Part shown: one piece after another, positions 12,918 through 25,578 of the stretch
How positions within the stretch are numbered: the stretch's first letter is position 1
How the letters are laid out: each line of letters starts with the position of its first letter
NCBI GenBank assembly: GCA_907165135.1
Contig: OU015569.1
Span: 12,090,001 to 12,154,000 of the forward strand
Reading direction: 5' to 3'
DNA length: 64,000 nt
From: Oikopleura dioica
Taxonomy: Eukaryota > Animalia > Chordata
The notes under the pieces: generated by a model
What the model was told of the DNA's origin: nothing
The model's input: the letters and a program-made list of their open reading frames with translations, nothing else
Database searches by the model: none
Program-made: the position numbers and the translations under genes

Positions 12918-15254
12918 ATGGCGACAATCTACGAAATAAGCCACAAGAGACTGGTCTGCTTCCTGACCTTGATGGTGATCGTCTTCGTCGACATTTGGGT
13001 CTCGTTTGGGGCCACTTGGGTCATTGGCATTCAGGGCGAGCAGAGAATGCAAAATAACCAAAAGGTAAAAGTACTCTTCCTTGATTTCAGGAGATTGAAA
13101 AAATGATGAAAAAGGGGACTTTTTGTCGCAATTTTCAATTACTCAATTGACTTTTATTTAATTTTACTATTTTTTATTTTAATTTTCTTATTTAATCATT
13201 TTATTCATTATTTTTTAACAAATTCGCGCTAGAAGTTTTCAATTTTTTCCTATTACAGTTGATTCAGCAGGCCTTTCTCGATAAAAAAGCAATAAATCAA
13301 ACTAAATTTACAGTTAGTTCATCCTCTAATCATCGCCTCTCTAGGTCGAATCACTGTGGAGTCACTGTGATTTGCAGCCAAATTACAAGTCCGAACAATG
13401 CGACACGCTCTTCTCCTCCATCGGCGGCCCTTCTGTCGACGGGGGCAAGTACTTGGCTTGGGTAAGTGGCGAAATGTCCGAATTGATTCGAAAAAGATTT
13501 TAGCGCGCGATGACTGTAATTTCCGTGTTGACCTTTGCCGCCTCTGCTGCTTGCACTCTCCTCTCGCTCGACTGCGTCCTCATGACCGACTCAAAGCAAT
13601 GGGCGGCCTTGGCGGCTGGCAGCTTCTCCCTTTTCTCCGGTAATCTTTTTACTTTTTCAAACTTTAAGCTAAACTTGGAGTTTCTAGGATTGCTTCTTGC
13701 CGTGACTGCGATTTGGTACTCGGTCGACATGACAACTAGAAACATTGGATTCAACGGATTCAACGGCGGTGGACGATCTGCCCTTTCTACTAGAGTCGAT
13801 ATTTACAATCAAAGACCAGGTAATCAAATGTATTAACTGGGCTCGGAAACCTGTGTAGAAAACCTGAGTCAGGGTGAGAAAGTACCGCAGCGGCTTTTTA
13901 AAAAACGCAAGAATTTTATATAGATTTTACTGATAGTATTCGCGAAGCCGCTTCGCGGCTTCGTTTTAAAAAGCCGCTGCGCGGCTTTTCATTTCAACAC
14001 TTTCTGACCCTGACTCAGATTTTCAACATAGCCTAGGTTTCCGAGCCTAGGTAGATTTTTGAAATCAAGGAAGAGAACAAAATAAACAGGGCGATTTAAG
14101 GGGGTCGACGAGAATCGGGATTTTGGAACAAAATTCCGAGAAAACCTGATTGGCTGGAAAAATTTGGACTTTTCGGGTGAAATTAAAAGGGTTGAAAAAA
14201 TCTATCGGCGAAAAGAAGAAAAAATTTTGACCAGAAAAAATGGTCGAAAACTTGTCTCAAAGTGGACCCCAAATTGCCATTTTGGCAATTTTCATATTTT
14301 TCGTCACTTTTTTCGGACACTTTTGGTAAAGAAGTGCACGAAATTTCTGCGAAGACTCGCGAAACTCTTTGCCGATAGATTCTTAATACCCTTCTTTTCC
14401 CAACCGAGAAGTCAAAATATACGGGTTTTTCGGGAAATTTGTTCTAAAAATTCTTATTCTCGTCGACCTCCCCTTAAATTGTAACTTTAAGGCCCTGGCT
14501 TGATCTTCGCTTACATCATGTCCCTGGCAGCTGGAGTGATCGGCGCGTGTCTGATCATCTACTCGAACGACGAGGACTGCTACGAGCCCGACGTGGGCAA
14601 TGGTATGAGACGGGTCCTAACTTGTAAACTCACTAAATGCAAAAATTGTTTGATTTTTTCGTTGTCGGGCTTCGTTTGACCCGGGAGTAGCCACGAGCAA
14701 CGTTGATGTCAGCTGTGTCGGGTTTGACAATGGTCCCTGGTATCGCAGCGCCCGGTGCTTATCAGGTGACCTCTGGGGTCAATTCCTAACTCTTGATTAA
14801 AGTAGTAGAAAGCCCAAACGCGCCAACGAGGCTCTTATGAATCCACGAGGGGAATTTCGCAAGGTAAAAGCAGAACCAGCCTCCTAAACGGGCCAAAAAT
14901 ACCTCTAAAACGCGGCTTTTTCTAACCTTTTTGACCCCGGGGTTAGGAACGCCTGACCCTGAATCTGAACTCGATACCAGGCTCCAATTGCATGCTGCAT
15001 GACACCGCTTGACTCAAGTCCCAAAAAATCTGCACGATTAAAAAATTTTCCCGGTAAATTTAAAATTTTCCCTAGTCAACTATTTTTCAGCGCGGCGACC
15101 TTCGATGCCAATGAGCATGATTTCCGGCTTTCCTCGGCAAACGGCGCTGCGGAAACAATCAGAAGCGCAGTTTCTTTCCGAATCAATGCATGGATCGAAA
15201 CATTCTATCGACGGAATCGACAGGACTCCTGGAGGACAGCTAGATTATATTTAA
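12918..15254 (+). CDS. Claudin-like (PMP22/claudin family) tetraspan protein
   Basis: Exons give TM1, W...|VESLWSHC-x10-C first extracellular loop, |RAMTVISVL TM2, TM3, |GPGLIFAYIMSLAAGVIG TM4, and a long tail ending GGQLDYI* (claudin-type PDZ motif). Tail exon joins are less certain. Confidence 0.75.
13837..14050. mobile_element. Full-length copy of the AP-1/AAGCCGC MITE in a claudin intron
   Basis: ctgggctcggaaacctg...ggtttccgagcctag with internal AAGCCGC hairpins. Confidence 0.85.
14100..14473. mobile_element. Kolobok-type MITE (TTAA TSD, GG termini)
   Basis: ttaa|gggggtcgacgagaat...cgtcgacctcccc|ttaa; related copy at 51667-52036. Confidence 0.7.
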
Positions 15255-15296
15255 CTACTGTAAGTCAGTTTTTTATTTTTCGTTTTTGATGATTAA

Positions 15297-15834
15297 GGAC
15301 CCCCGTCAGCTTTTTTCGAAAAATCAAATTTCGGAATTTTAAAATTTTTACCCCGGAAACGGATTCTACGGGTCAAAAAACGATTTTGAGGCTGCATTTT
15401 TCGGGGTCTATCTCGACTCCTTCAACCCCAAAATCGCATTTGAAAATGGTAGTATGGAAAAATGTTTCGGTAAAACTGCCGAAATATGGTGAGCTTATTT
15501 TCTGATTAATATTTCGGTAACCGCCGAAACTTTTTTCACTTATTTCCACTGTTTTCAAAAAAATATTTCGGCAGGCTACCGAAATCTTTTTCACTTTTAA
15601 GGTCGTTTCTAGCAATAAGATTTCGGCAAAAAAGGCGCAGAAGATGACGGAAATCAAGAAATCTTTCTGGACTTTTCGCCGAAAATTGACAAATTTGCCC
15701 TAATTTTGGCAAAACATTGATTTTTCTTGGTCAAAAATTCCTCTTATCAAGTTTAACCTGAGGAAGCATAAAAAACCAAAAATATGGTGTTTTAAAAAAT
15801 TTACATTTTTCGAAGGAAAAGCTGATGGGGGTCC
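15297..15834. mobile_element. Kolobok-type MITE (TIR GGACCCCCGTCA, TTAA TSD)
   Basis: ttaa|ggacccccgtcagc...gctgatgggggtcc|ttaa; about 150 bp shared with the copy at 28082-28416. Confidence 0.8.
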
Positions 15835-16706
15835 TTAATTTGACGATTTTAGTTGTTGCGAAAAAACCTACGAAAAACCATCTTGCCAAGCCTTTTTTCC
15901 AATCTGTACCGAGCTACTGTATCTGCTCTGCTCTGCTTTTTAACCGCTAGATTCATGCATTCCAAAATTTTGAATTATTGACACTCGCGAGTAATAAACG
16001 AATCCAGTGTTCCATGATTTTTTGATGGATTTTGAACCTCGTGGCACCGATTAAAAGGAGCTATAAAAAGCTGCGAGAAAAGAGCGCTGGAGTCTAATCG
16101 GCACTTGAGCGTTCCTTTTCCTATCATTCCGATTCTCAGCTGCGCGGAATCCTGACAAAGTGTCCTTTTAAAACAAAATACGATTCCGAGCGAAATCTTC
16201 GTAACACTTCAACGCCCGTTTTTCTTTTTCGAGTGCGCCAGTCACGTTAATTCTTCTGAATTTCTGACGTTTTTCAATGCTCTTTGTTCATTCCAACTTT
16301 AGATATCGCTTTGGAATATCCAGATCTACAGTAGCAAAAGTCTGATTCATGTTAGAAGCGCGTTTTAGAGATGTGACGGAAGGTGCAAAAAGTGACCCAA
16401 GCTCCTTTCCGGCCACGAGTAAGTATTTTCCAATGTGATCGCGCCTCCGTAAAGCTGCTCTCTTCTCTCAACCTTGTGACTTTCGCTGCTCTAATGAGAT
16501 TTCTTTCTTGCGTCAGAGAAGCAATTTCGCACAGGTTGGGCCGTCAGCTACCTGTGTCGGAATTTCTCGGAAACCTGAGTCAGGGCCTCAAAAGCGGCTT
16601 TTTATAAAATCTCTTTCAGGCTCACCCTGACTCAGGTTTTCCACACAGGTTGCCGAGCCCAACCTGTATTCTTTCTTTAAGTTTAGTATCGATGAAATCT
16701 TCTAGC

Positions 16707-16946
16707 CTGGGCTCGGCAACCTGAGTAAAAACCTGAGTCAGGCTCTGGGAGAGCTTAAATGAAAAGCCGCATAGCGGCTTTTGAAAAACGAAGCCGCGAA
16801 GCGGCTTCGCCAGGAGTTAAAAGAAAATTTATATGGTTTATTTTCGAAGCCGCTTTGCGGCTTCATTTCTAAAAAGCCGCTACGCGGCTTTTCATTTTAG
16901 CTCTTCCAGAGCCTGACTCAGGTTTTCTACTCAGGTTGCCGAGCCA
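16707..16946. mobile_element. Full-length copy of the AP-1/AAGCCGC MITE
   Basis: Near-perfect palindrome with four AAGCCGC-N3-GCGGCTT units. Confidence 0.9.
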
Positions 16947-17625
16947 AACCTTCTTTCTGTTAAGAATGATAAAGATTTTTGCTGTTTATTGGCAAATCTT
17001 TCCCCTAAAACTAAAACTAAGACAGAAAATAAGGAAGAAAATCAACCCCCAACTTTGAAGAGCTCGAGAAGCGGGGCGCGCGGTGCGGGATGGCGCGCGC
17101 GAGCGAATCATGATTTCTCCTCTTCAAAATTTATGAGACAAGGAATGAAGGAATGTCCTGATTGTTGGAATTTTTTTGATAAAATCAAGAAGACTATGCT
17201 CTGATTATTTTGAGAAACAGCTATTGGAAGACTCTAATTCGAGAGAGAAAAGAGAACAGAACTAAACAGTCTGAAACGTCAAAAAGTATGGAAAAAATGA
17301 ATATAATGATCTTGAATTATAAAATATAAGTTTTGTAAAAATAAAATTCCATATCAATTCTTTTAAAAATCCAAATAGGGGCCCGCCCATTTAGAGGTCT
17401 AAAAACGTATGTGAAAAATGTAATAGTGAAAGATTATTGGAGATAAGTAAAGGTGTTGTCGATTTTAGCCAATAAAAAATTCAGCAAGTTACATTTCTTG
17501 CTGAATTCTTTCTCAACTTGTGGCGGACTAACGTGCCTGGTCCACGGTTATTTGATAAAGACGCATTCGTTTTTCCCCTTTTTTCTCTATTAGAAGGAAT
17601 ATAGCCAATATCAATGATAAAGGCC

Positions 17626-18087
17626 CAGAGTTGCAAATTTGGCTTTATTTTCGCTGAGCTGCCCTGAGTGAGAAATTCTCTGAGCTGAGCTGAGCTGGCA
17701 TACTTCGGAGCTCACTGAGCTGAGCTGAGCTGAGCTGGCCATTTTCAGAGGTCATTGAGCTGAGCTGAGCTTAGCAGACCTTTTTAAGGTAGTTAAGCTG
17801 AGCTGAGCAGACCCTAATTAGAGCTGAGCTGAGCTGAGTGAGCTGGGTTGAGCTGTTTTTACTGTTTTTAGTAGTGAAATTATGTTAAAATCACTGAGCT
17901 GAGCTGAGCTGAGCTGAGTAATACTTGTCTGAGCTGAGCTGAGCGGAGCAGATCATGTTCGAGAATAATTGAGCTGAGCTGAGCTGAATGATACTTGTCT
18001 GAGCTGAGCTGAGCAGAGCAGATCATGTTCGAGAATAATTGAGCTCAGCTCACTCGGCTCACTCAGCGCAGCAAATTTGCAACTCTG
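17626..18087. mobile_element. Non-autonomous hAT-type element with internal (GAGCT)n repeats
   Basis: TIR CAGAGTTGCAAATTTG; perfect 8-bp TSD TAAAGGCC (17618-25 / 18088-95). Decayed GAGCT arrays also at about 30255-30490 and 41640-41880. Confidence 0.85.
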
Positions 18088-18879
18088 TAAAGGCCAACTA
18101 AGCTTGGAAGAAAATAAAGCTAAGTTAAGCTTAGCCTAGCTGGCTAACTTCTTGTTAGCTATCATTTTTTCTTGTCTTTTCGTTTTTCGCGACGTTTGAC
18201 TCCTTAAAATACGAGACAGGAAATTTAGGGAGAAAAAAGACTGATTATGGGAGCTGCTTGGGTCGATTTTTTTGGCTAACTGCTGATTAACAGCTTAATT
18301 AATGTAACGGATGTTAAAAAATTGTGCTTGAGCGTGACGCCATCGAAAATAAATAAATTGCGCTAATCGCGGAAACTCAAACTCATCAACTTTTCCTCTA
18401 GAGCTACTGTAGTGCTAATTGGCCTCGGCAACCTGAGTAAAAACCTGAGTCAGGTACTGAAAGGCTAAAATTCAAAGCCGCGTAGCGGCTGTCTTAAAGA
18501 GGAAATCGCTTTGCGGCTTCGTTTTTAAAAGCCGCTACGCGGCTTTTAATTTTAACTTTCCAAAACCTGACTCAGGTTTTCTACACAGGTTGCCTAGCCC
18601 AGACTCCAACTGTTCCTTGTTTTTAATTGCGAGGTGTAGAACAAGCCCGGCGAAAGAAAGGTCAAGCTAAATGACATGAGCATCGTTTATTAAAAAATCG
18701 CGTGGATGATTATTTTTAATCAGCTGGATCAAACTCGATTAGCCGAAAAAGGGGATGATGCTTTTAAACTGTGTTGCAAATTTTTAAGGATAAGCTAGCT
18801 AAGTTTCGTAGCTTAGTTTTATTTTATCAGCTTAGCTTAGATTTTACTCAAACTAACTTAGCTAGCAGCTAGCTCTTGG

Positions 18880-19755
18880 CTCGCCAACCTGTGTAGAAAA
18901 CCTAAGTCCGAGTCTGAAATCTGATTGGTCAAAAATTTGACCAAAATTTTGGTCAAAATTGTGGATTTTTGTCGACTCGTTGCACCTCCTCTTCTTGATA
19001 TGGAGCGTATTGAACTTCTCGATTTGAAGAGTGAAAGCCATAATGCCAAGAATCGAGTTCTAGAATTTGAATTTTATGAAGCCGATATAAAGTGAGAAAA
19101 TAACACAAACACAACAACTTCCTACAACGAATTCACGAATGAAAAAAGTGTGATTAGAATTCTATTTAGAATAATTGTAAAAACTCATACCCATATTACA
19201 CTCGAACCATACCCAACGAACTGTACTCGGCGACCTGTGTAAAAACCTGAGTCAGGGCCCGAAAGAGCCCGCGTAAAACTTATAATAGACTAAAATTGTT
19301 ATATTTCCGCGGCTTTTCTTTTAACTCTTTCAAGCCCTGACTCAGGTTTTTACACAGGTCGCCGAGTACAGTTCGTTGAATATGGTTCGAGTATAATATG
19401 GGTATGAGTTTTACAATTATTCTATTCTAATCATTACTTTTTCATTCGACAATTTATTGTAGGAATTTGTTGCGTTCGAGTTATTTTCTCACTTTATTTC
19501 GGCTTCATAAAATTCAAATTCTAGAACTCGATTCTTGGCATTATGGCTTTCACTCTTCAAATCGAGAAGTTCAATACGCTCGATATCAAGAAGAGGAGGT
19601 GCAACGAATCGACGAAAATCCAAAATGTTGACCAAATTTTTGGTCAAATTTTTGACCAATCAGATATCCGCATTCGCAATTATTACAAATGCGAAATTTC
19701 GCTTTAGCTTTTTCAGACTCGGACTCAGGTTTTTACACAGGTTGACGAACCCAGC
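18880..19755. repeat. About 870-bp composite foldback (inverted repeat) with MITE ends and a central MITE
   Basis: About 18880-19250 is the reverse complement of about 19350-19755; identical spurious ORFs 18858..19049(-) and 19535..19891(+). Confidence 0.85.
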
Positions 19756-20267
19756 TATTTCTCCTTTTTCTTTCAGCAACGTTTCTATTCTCGTTAATTC
19801 GAAAATCGTAATTTCCTTCTTTGCGAAAAAACCAAGTCAGAATCCGGCCGCAAAATCCAACTTCAATGATAAACTGCGGCCATTCCGTTAACACCTCGGT
19901 CGAGAGCGAATTTCAAATTCATTCATCGCTAATTTATTCAAATCTCGACTTTCTTGAAGCCGATCATTTTCAATTAAAAGGGCGCGTTTTGGCACGTTAC
20001 TCACGACAAATCCGCAAAATGAGGCTGATTATTGAACAGTTATGCAAAATATTACGAATTTACGCTTTTGATTTTCCAATTTTCTCGCAAAGAAATTTTT
20101 TTATAATTTTAAAATTATTGTCAATAAAAAATATTTTTATATTTTTCAAAAATTATTCATTTAAAAAAATATTTTTTTTTAATTTAAAAATTATTTTCAA
20201 TAAAAAAAATATTTTTTTAATTCAAAAATTATTTTTTATAAATAAAAAATTCCAAAGAAAATTTCAG

Positions 20268-22787
20268 ATGCAGTTTCTACTCGCTTTCCTCCGAACAATC
20301 GTCTTCTGGCTCGTAACAACTGGAAACGAATTCCTTCCGTAAGTCAAAATTCTAGATAAATTTAAGGATACACGTTGCGCAGGTTGCATATTATTCTGAG
20401 AAGGTGCAAGATCGCGGGAAGGATATATTTCCAGCTGCCAAAGTAAAATAATCAAGTCTCTTCTCTCGCGCCTTCTCTTCCCGAAATTTTGCAAACGCGT
20501 CGGAATTTTTATATTCATTAGCGACTGGGTTGGCAACCTGCGTAAAAACTTGAGTCAGGGGTTCAAAGATCCTTAATGGAAAGCCGCGCAGCTACTTTTT
20601 AAAAACGAAACCACAAAGCGGCTTCGCCAAACTTACCAGATTAATCATTTCTTCAAATTCTGGTCCTCAGAAACCTGAATCAGGTTTTCACACAGGGTCA
20701 GAATTGGTAAAAAATGAATGAATTGGTAATTTTGGCGAAGCCGCTTTGCGGCTTCGTTTAAAAAAGCCGCCGCGCGGCTTTCCATTAAGGATCTTTCAAC
20801 CCTGACTCAGGTTTTTATCACAGGTTGCCGAGCTCAGACAAGCAAATTATTAATTTCTAGAGCCGCTGGAGTGAAATCCTCTCCTCGAAATTGCGAGAAG
20901 CCAGCTGAAAACATTTTCTTCCTGAAGACGCACAAGACGGCGAGTACCACAGTTCAAAATATATTTCTAAGGTGAGTTAAAAATGTCTCTCTCGATTCTG
21001 GCGAAAGAGAAAGTCACGTGTGGATTCGACCGCTGTGAGATTGAGCGGCGATTATGCCCTGGTTGAGCCTTGTTCTTGCGGCAATGTACAAGCGTTAGGA
21101 TTCTTTATTTCAAGCTTGAAATTTGGCGGCGCTTTGATTTCCAGCGAAATTTTAAATTTTAAATGACACTCTAGAATTGACTCAGCCCCCTCCAAAAAGC
21201 TGTCAATTATTAAATTATTTGATTGCCAAAAGCAAAAATGACAAAAAATAACGACAAAAATTCGTTTTTGACGAATCTGATTGGCCTACCTGCCGAATAC
21301 AGCCTTTTGATTGGTCGAAAATCGTCGCATAAAAACCCGGTCTTTTGTCGCAATTTTCGTTGATTCCCACCTCAAAAAATTCACTGTTGATAGAAGCCAG
21401 TAGCTCAATCTCTAACAGTTAACTCTCACTTCAGATACGGCGAAGCAAACAACCTAACCTTCGCGCTTCCGAAGCAGTCTGGCGCGCACGTGTTCAACTA
21501 CAATTTAAAGTTCTCCCCTCGCTGGTCCGCCCTTCGCCGACGGGTAAGTACAACATTCTGTGCAACCACTTGCACTTCAGCGCCGCGGGCGTGAACGAGT
21601 TAATGCCCCGGGGCACCAAGTTCATCGCCATCGTCCGCCACCCAGTCGAGCTCTTCGAGTCCGTGATGAGCTACTACTCGGACGAAGTGCGCGCTTTCCA
21701 GCGCCTCCCAGGTAAAGGAGGGGACCTCCAAGCAAAAATGAAGAGCTTCCTCGACGAGCCAAGGCGCTACTACGGCTTTGACGCGGCGCATTATGAAAAG
21801 TTCGCGAAAAATGCGATGATGTGGGACTTTGGATTCGACAACGAAGAAGAGGACGAAGAAGTCATCGACAAGTGGATTGAATATCTCGATAGAATTTTCG
21901 ACCTTGTGCTGATTACTGATTATTTCGAAGAATCGATGGTCCTTCTCAAAGAAGAACTTTGCTGGACAACCGAGGATGTCTCTTTTCTTAAGTCAAATTC
22001 AAGAAAACGCGATTCGCAAAATCCAATTCAGAAGACAATGCTGGACAGTAAGTACAGAGAGAAACTTTTAGAGTGGAACAAGGCCGACTGGAAACTTTAT
22101 CAACACTTCAACTCCACTTTCGCCAAAAAGGTTGAGGAATTTGGGGCGGAAAGGATGGAACAAGAAGTCAAAAAGCTGAGAGAAACGAACAAAATGATCC
22201 AGGATAGATGCATCAGGTTTGCTTCAAAATTCATTCAAGCGACAAAAAGCCGCGACAAAAGGCGACAAAATGCGACTAATATTTAATTTTTGCGACAATT
22301 TTTCTGTTCGGCGTACGAAAATCTGATTGGTCTAAAATTTGACCAAAATTTTGGTCGAAATTGTCGCAATTTTTACGACAATTTTAAACCAATCAGATTT
22401 CCGCATACGCTCGGCAGGCCAATTATAATTCAGAAAAATGTCGCAAAAAGAGCGCATTTTTGTCGCATTTTCTGTCGCTAATACCAAATTGCTATTTTCA
22501 GTAATGAAACTCGAACATCATTTTTCCACTCGGTTCCGCTGACGCGCTACAAGCTCAAGAACAAAAACGACACTTGGTGCAACGATTTCATTCAGTCAGA
22601 AAGACAGGTAAACCACTCTCTCTCCTTTACCTTCAATTCGAATAGTACCTGAACAAGATCAACATGCAGCAAGAGGCGCTTCTGGAAACATTTCAAAAGC
22701 GAGCTTTTGAATCAACAACAAAGAAGAAAAAAGCAGAATAACTGCAGCAGCTTCAAAATCTTCTTTTGTAAATATGTAAAATTATGA
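20268..22787 (+). CDS. Galactose-3-O-sulfotransferase family (GAL3ST-like) type II membrane protein
   Basis: MQFLLAFLRTIVFWLV anchor; FLKTHKTASTTVQNIFLR|YG (5'-PSB motif); YNILCNH; AIVRHPVELFES; FDLVLITDYFEESMVLLKEELCW; WNKADWKLYQHFN. Needs a 1-nt correction at the C-run 21515-18. Confidence 0.9.
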
Positions 22788-22872
22788 CATAAAGCTGCGA
22801 CTTTTTCGCGACCTCTTTTCAAACTTTCTGTAAAAATAAAAATTACACACACATTTTCTTCGTGAAAGAAAA

Positions 22873-23658
22873 ATGAAGAGAACTCTACTTTTTCTTTTGT
22901 CTTCTGTCGGAGGAGTAGCATTTGGGCTCAGCAATCAAAGCTATTTTGGGTACAGTTGTTGGTTTCAGTGATATTTGCTTTTTTTTATAGTTATATTGAG
23001 ACATCACAAATACCAGGTTGGTGATCTTATTTGTTATTGTCTTATTTTGTCAGTTAATTTCGTATAGATAAAAATTTAGTTCTAGAACTCGATTCTCGAC
23101 ATTATGGTTTTCACTTATCAACTCAAGAAATCCAATTAACTTTTTTAATAGTGGCAATTTTCTAGAGATTCTCTTCCAAAAAAGAGCGCAGCTTTTGAGG
23201 CAGACTATTCAAGACCCTGATTCAGCTTTTTAAACTAGTAGGATCAGATTGCCGAGCCCAGAGTAGCCTTCGATTGCGCTAAAAAAGACTGTATCAGCTG
23301 CACAATCGCGGAACTGAACATGGACCAAGGCGAAGCAATCGAAAACCACTGCGAAAAGGTTCTGAACTGCTGCATGAGCGAGCACGGCGACGAAATGGCG
23401 CGAATAATGCAGAATATAAAATGAAAGAAGCTCTTTTTTTTGATGAAAATAAGGTGGTTAATTTCAGACTACCAGAAAAAGCGGCTGAGCTCAGAAATGC
23501 TCGACGAAATTCAAAGCAAAATGGGACTCCAGACGGGCAATCTCGAGGACAGTTTGAAAGGAGCTCGTAAGAAACCTCAAAATTAAAAAATGCCCATTTT
23601 AGATTCAGACCAGACTCAAAACGAGGAAGAAGCGGAAAGAGGAAAAACTGAGCTTTAG
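22873..23658 (+). CDS. Small predicted secreted Cys-rich protein with a dibasic site
   Basis: MKRTLLFLLSSVGGVAFG signal-like start; exon AFDCAKKDCISCTIAELNMDQGEAIENHCEKVLNCC; later exon YQKKRLSSEM...; last exon ...RGKTEL*. One junction (about 23420-23468) unresolved. Confidence 0.5.
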
Positions 23659-24771
23659 TTTTGAAGAATGCAATTTTACTGAGAATAAATCACTCAATAC
23701 TCAAATTATTGATCTTTTCCCTTTTTGATTGAATCAAGATTTCAACGGGCTAATTCCTCTTATATGGTTCCAAAATAAAAAAAATGATAACAGTAATTAA
23801 ATATAATATGATAATAAAATGAATATTTTTTATATATACTACTATATATTATTAATAAAAATATGAAAGAATATATAATAATAACATTATTAATATTTAA
23901 CATTAATAAAATTTATTTGAATATTAATTTAGTTAATTAATCAATTAATTATAAATAAATATAATAATTAAATTATTAATTATAATAATGAAAACAAAAA
24001 AATAGTTATAATAATTAATAATATTTAAGATATTATATTATATATTTCATAATATTAAATTTTATAATAAAATTTTATAAAAAAAATAGAAATGGGTATA
24101 TTCCGGAGAAGTTTACCCGCTAAAATCAGGATCGTCAATTTTAATGAATATATAATTCAATGAATCAATGATAGTCACCTTCCTTCTTTCATCGAAGAAA
24201 TAACCCAAACCCAGAACTAACTGTTGGAAATAATCACAATAAGTTGCCTCTTTCGTTGACCTTCTTCTTTTTCCAGGAATAAACTTTTGAACGTTTGACC
24301 GAACAAAAAATTGCCAACTTGTAGCTGGGTTGATTTGGCGACAGATGGGCAGCGTGGTGGTAGATTCTCAGCGGATAATCTCTGTCTAATCTCGCTGGTG
24401 TCGATCGAGAGCACATTGAGGCCACCATTCCAACACTGAAGGAATAATATACCCGCCGAAATTAGTGCATTATGCTTTTAATAAAGAGATGACGGCCTTA
24501 CAAATTACCTCCGAGTCCTACTTCGCTGCCCGCGCGCTCTACTTTTCAAACGCCGAAGCTGCTTTTTAATCGCTCCTTTTGCTTTTCATTGCTTCTTTCG
24601 AGAGATTCATTTCAATCAGAAAGAGACACAGAGAGAAAAAGACGACCACTGAAGAATTGAAGAAAAAACGAGTAATTTGTCAGCTCGAATTGATTATTAA
24701 GGGTATAGTCCTTGAAATCACTGTTTTTTTTGGTTTAGTTTTACTATGTTAAAAGTTGGATCACATCTTAA

Positions 24772-25319
24772 CCGCGTGGGACGAATCCCCGCGTATGAGC
24801 GCGGGACGAACCGTACATTCGAATGTCATTTAAGCAAAAACTCGAATAACTCATGAACCGCTCGTCCGATATTCCTCAGATTTTCAGAGATCACTAATTT
24901 TCATGTCCTCTTTCATATCCAGATGTCAGAATTCATATTTTGGTTTCGTCAGAAATACTTTTTTGAGTAAGTATGAAAGTGAGAAATTTTAATTCTCATC
25001 TTCCGTGCTCTTTTCAGTCAGAAGATGTTACAGTTGACGAAATTCCATCAAAAATATAGATTAAAGTTGTCTAAAAAGCTTAAACAAACAAATTGGTTCG
25101 TTTTTACAGTAAAAATCTCAGCGGGCGCTCGAGTAGGCCAGACTTAATCCCGTGTCAGGTGCAACTGAGCCGTGATAAAACTTCCATATTTGCACAAGTT
25201 ACTAGGAAGGCATGAACCAATCCACATTTAAAATTTCAAAGTTATCGGATATATAATTTGGGAATACCGGGCCCCTAAAGTCTTAAATGACATTGGAATG
25301 TACGATTCGTCCCACGCGG
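24772..25319. mobile_element. Non-autonomous piggyBac-like element
   Basis: ttaa|CCGCGTGGGACGAAT...ATTCGTCCCACGCGG|ttaa plus subterminal inverted repeat gtacatt(c/g)gaatgtcatttaag. Confidence 0.85.
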
Positions 25320-25341
25320 TTAACTGACAAATATTTCCTGG

Positions 25342-25578
25342 CTGGGCTCGGCAACCTGAGTAAAAACCCTGAGTCAGGCTCTGAAAAAGCTAAAATGAAA
25401 AGCCGCCTAGCGGCTTTTAAACAAAGCCGCAAAGCGGCTTCGCAAGAAGTTCACTATCGGTTGAAAGAGGTCTTCTTGCGAAGCCGCTTTGCGGCTTCGA
25501 TTTAAAAGCCGCTACGTGGCTTTTCACTTCAGCTTTTTCAGAGCCTGACTCAGGCTTTACTCAGGTCGCCGAGCCCGG
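25342..25578. mobile_element. Full-length copy of the AP-1/AAGCCGC MITE
   Basis: ctgggctcggcaacctgag...ggtcgccgagcccgg. Confidence 0.9.

Noticed and set aside
16707-16946. AAGCCGC-N3-GCGGCTT units as CRISPR repeats or bacterial REP elements
   Set aside because: Dispersed within TIR elements in eukaryotic introns; no regular spacer array and no cas genes.
18858-19891. Twin ORFs starting MALWLSLFKS on opposite strands
   Set aside because: Consequence of the foldback palindrome; no coding features.
19821-20342. 173-aa ORF upstream of GAL3ST
   Set aside because: It runs through an extremely AT-rich intron-like tract; only the last 25 codons are supported as an exon.
21515-21518. Programmed ribosomal frameshift in GAL3ST
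   Set aside because: No slippery heptamer or stimulatory structure seen; a homopolymer indel error is simpler.
23780-24090. Extremely AT-rich tract (also about 3730-3900 and 61000-61140)
   Set aside because: Low-complexity intergenic/intronic DNA with no periodicity or motif I could support.
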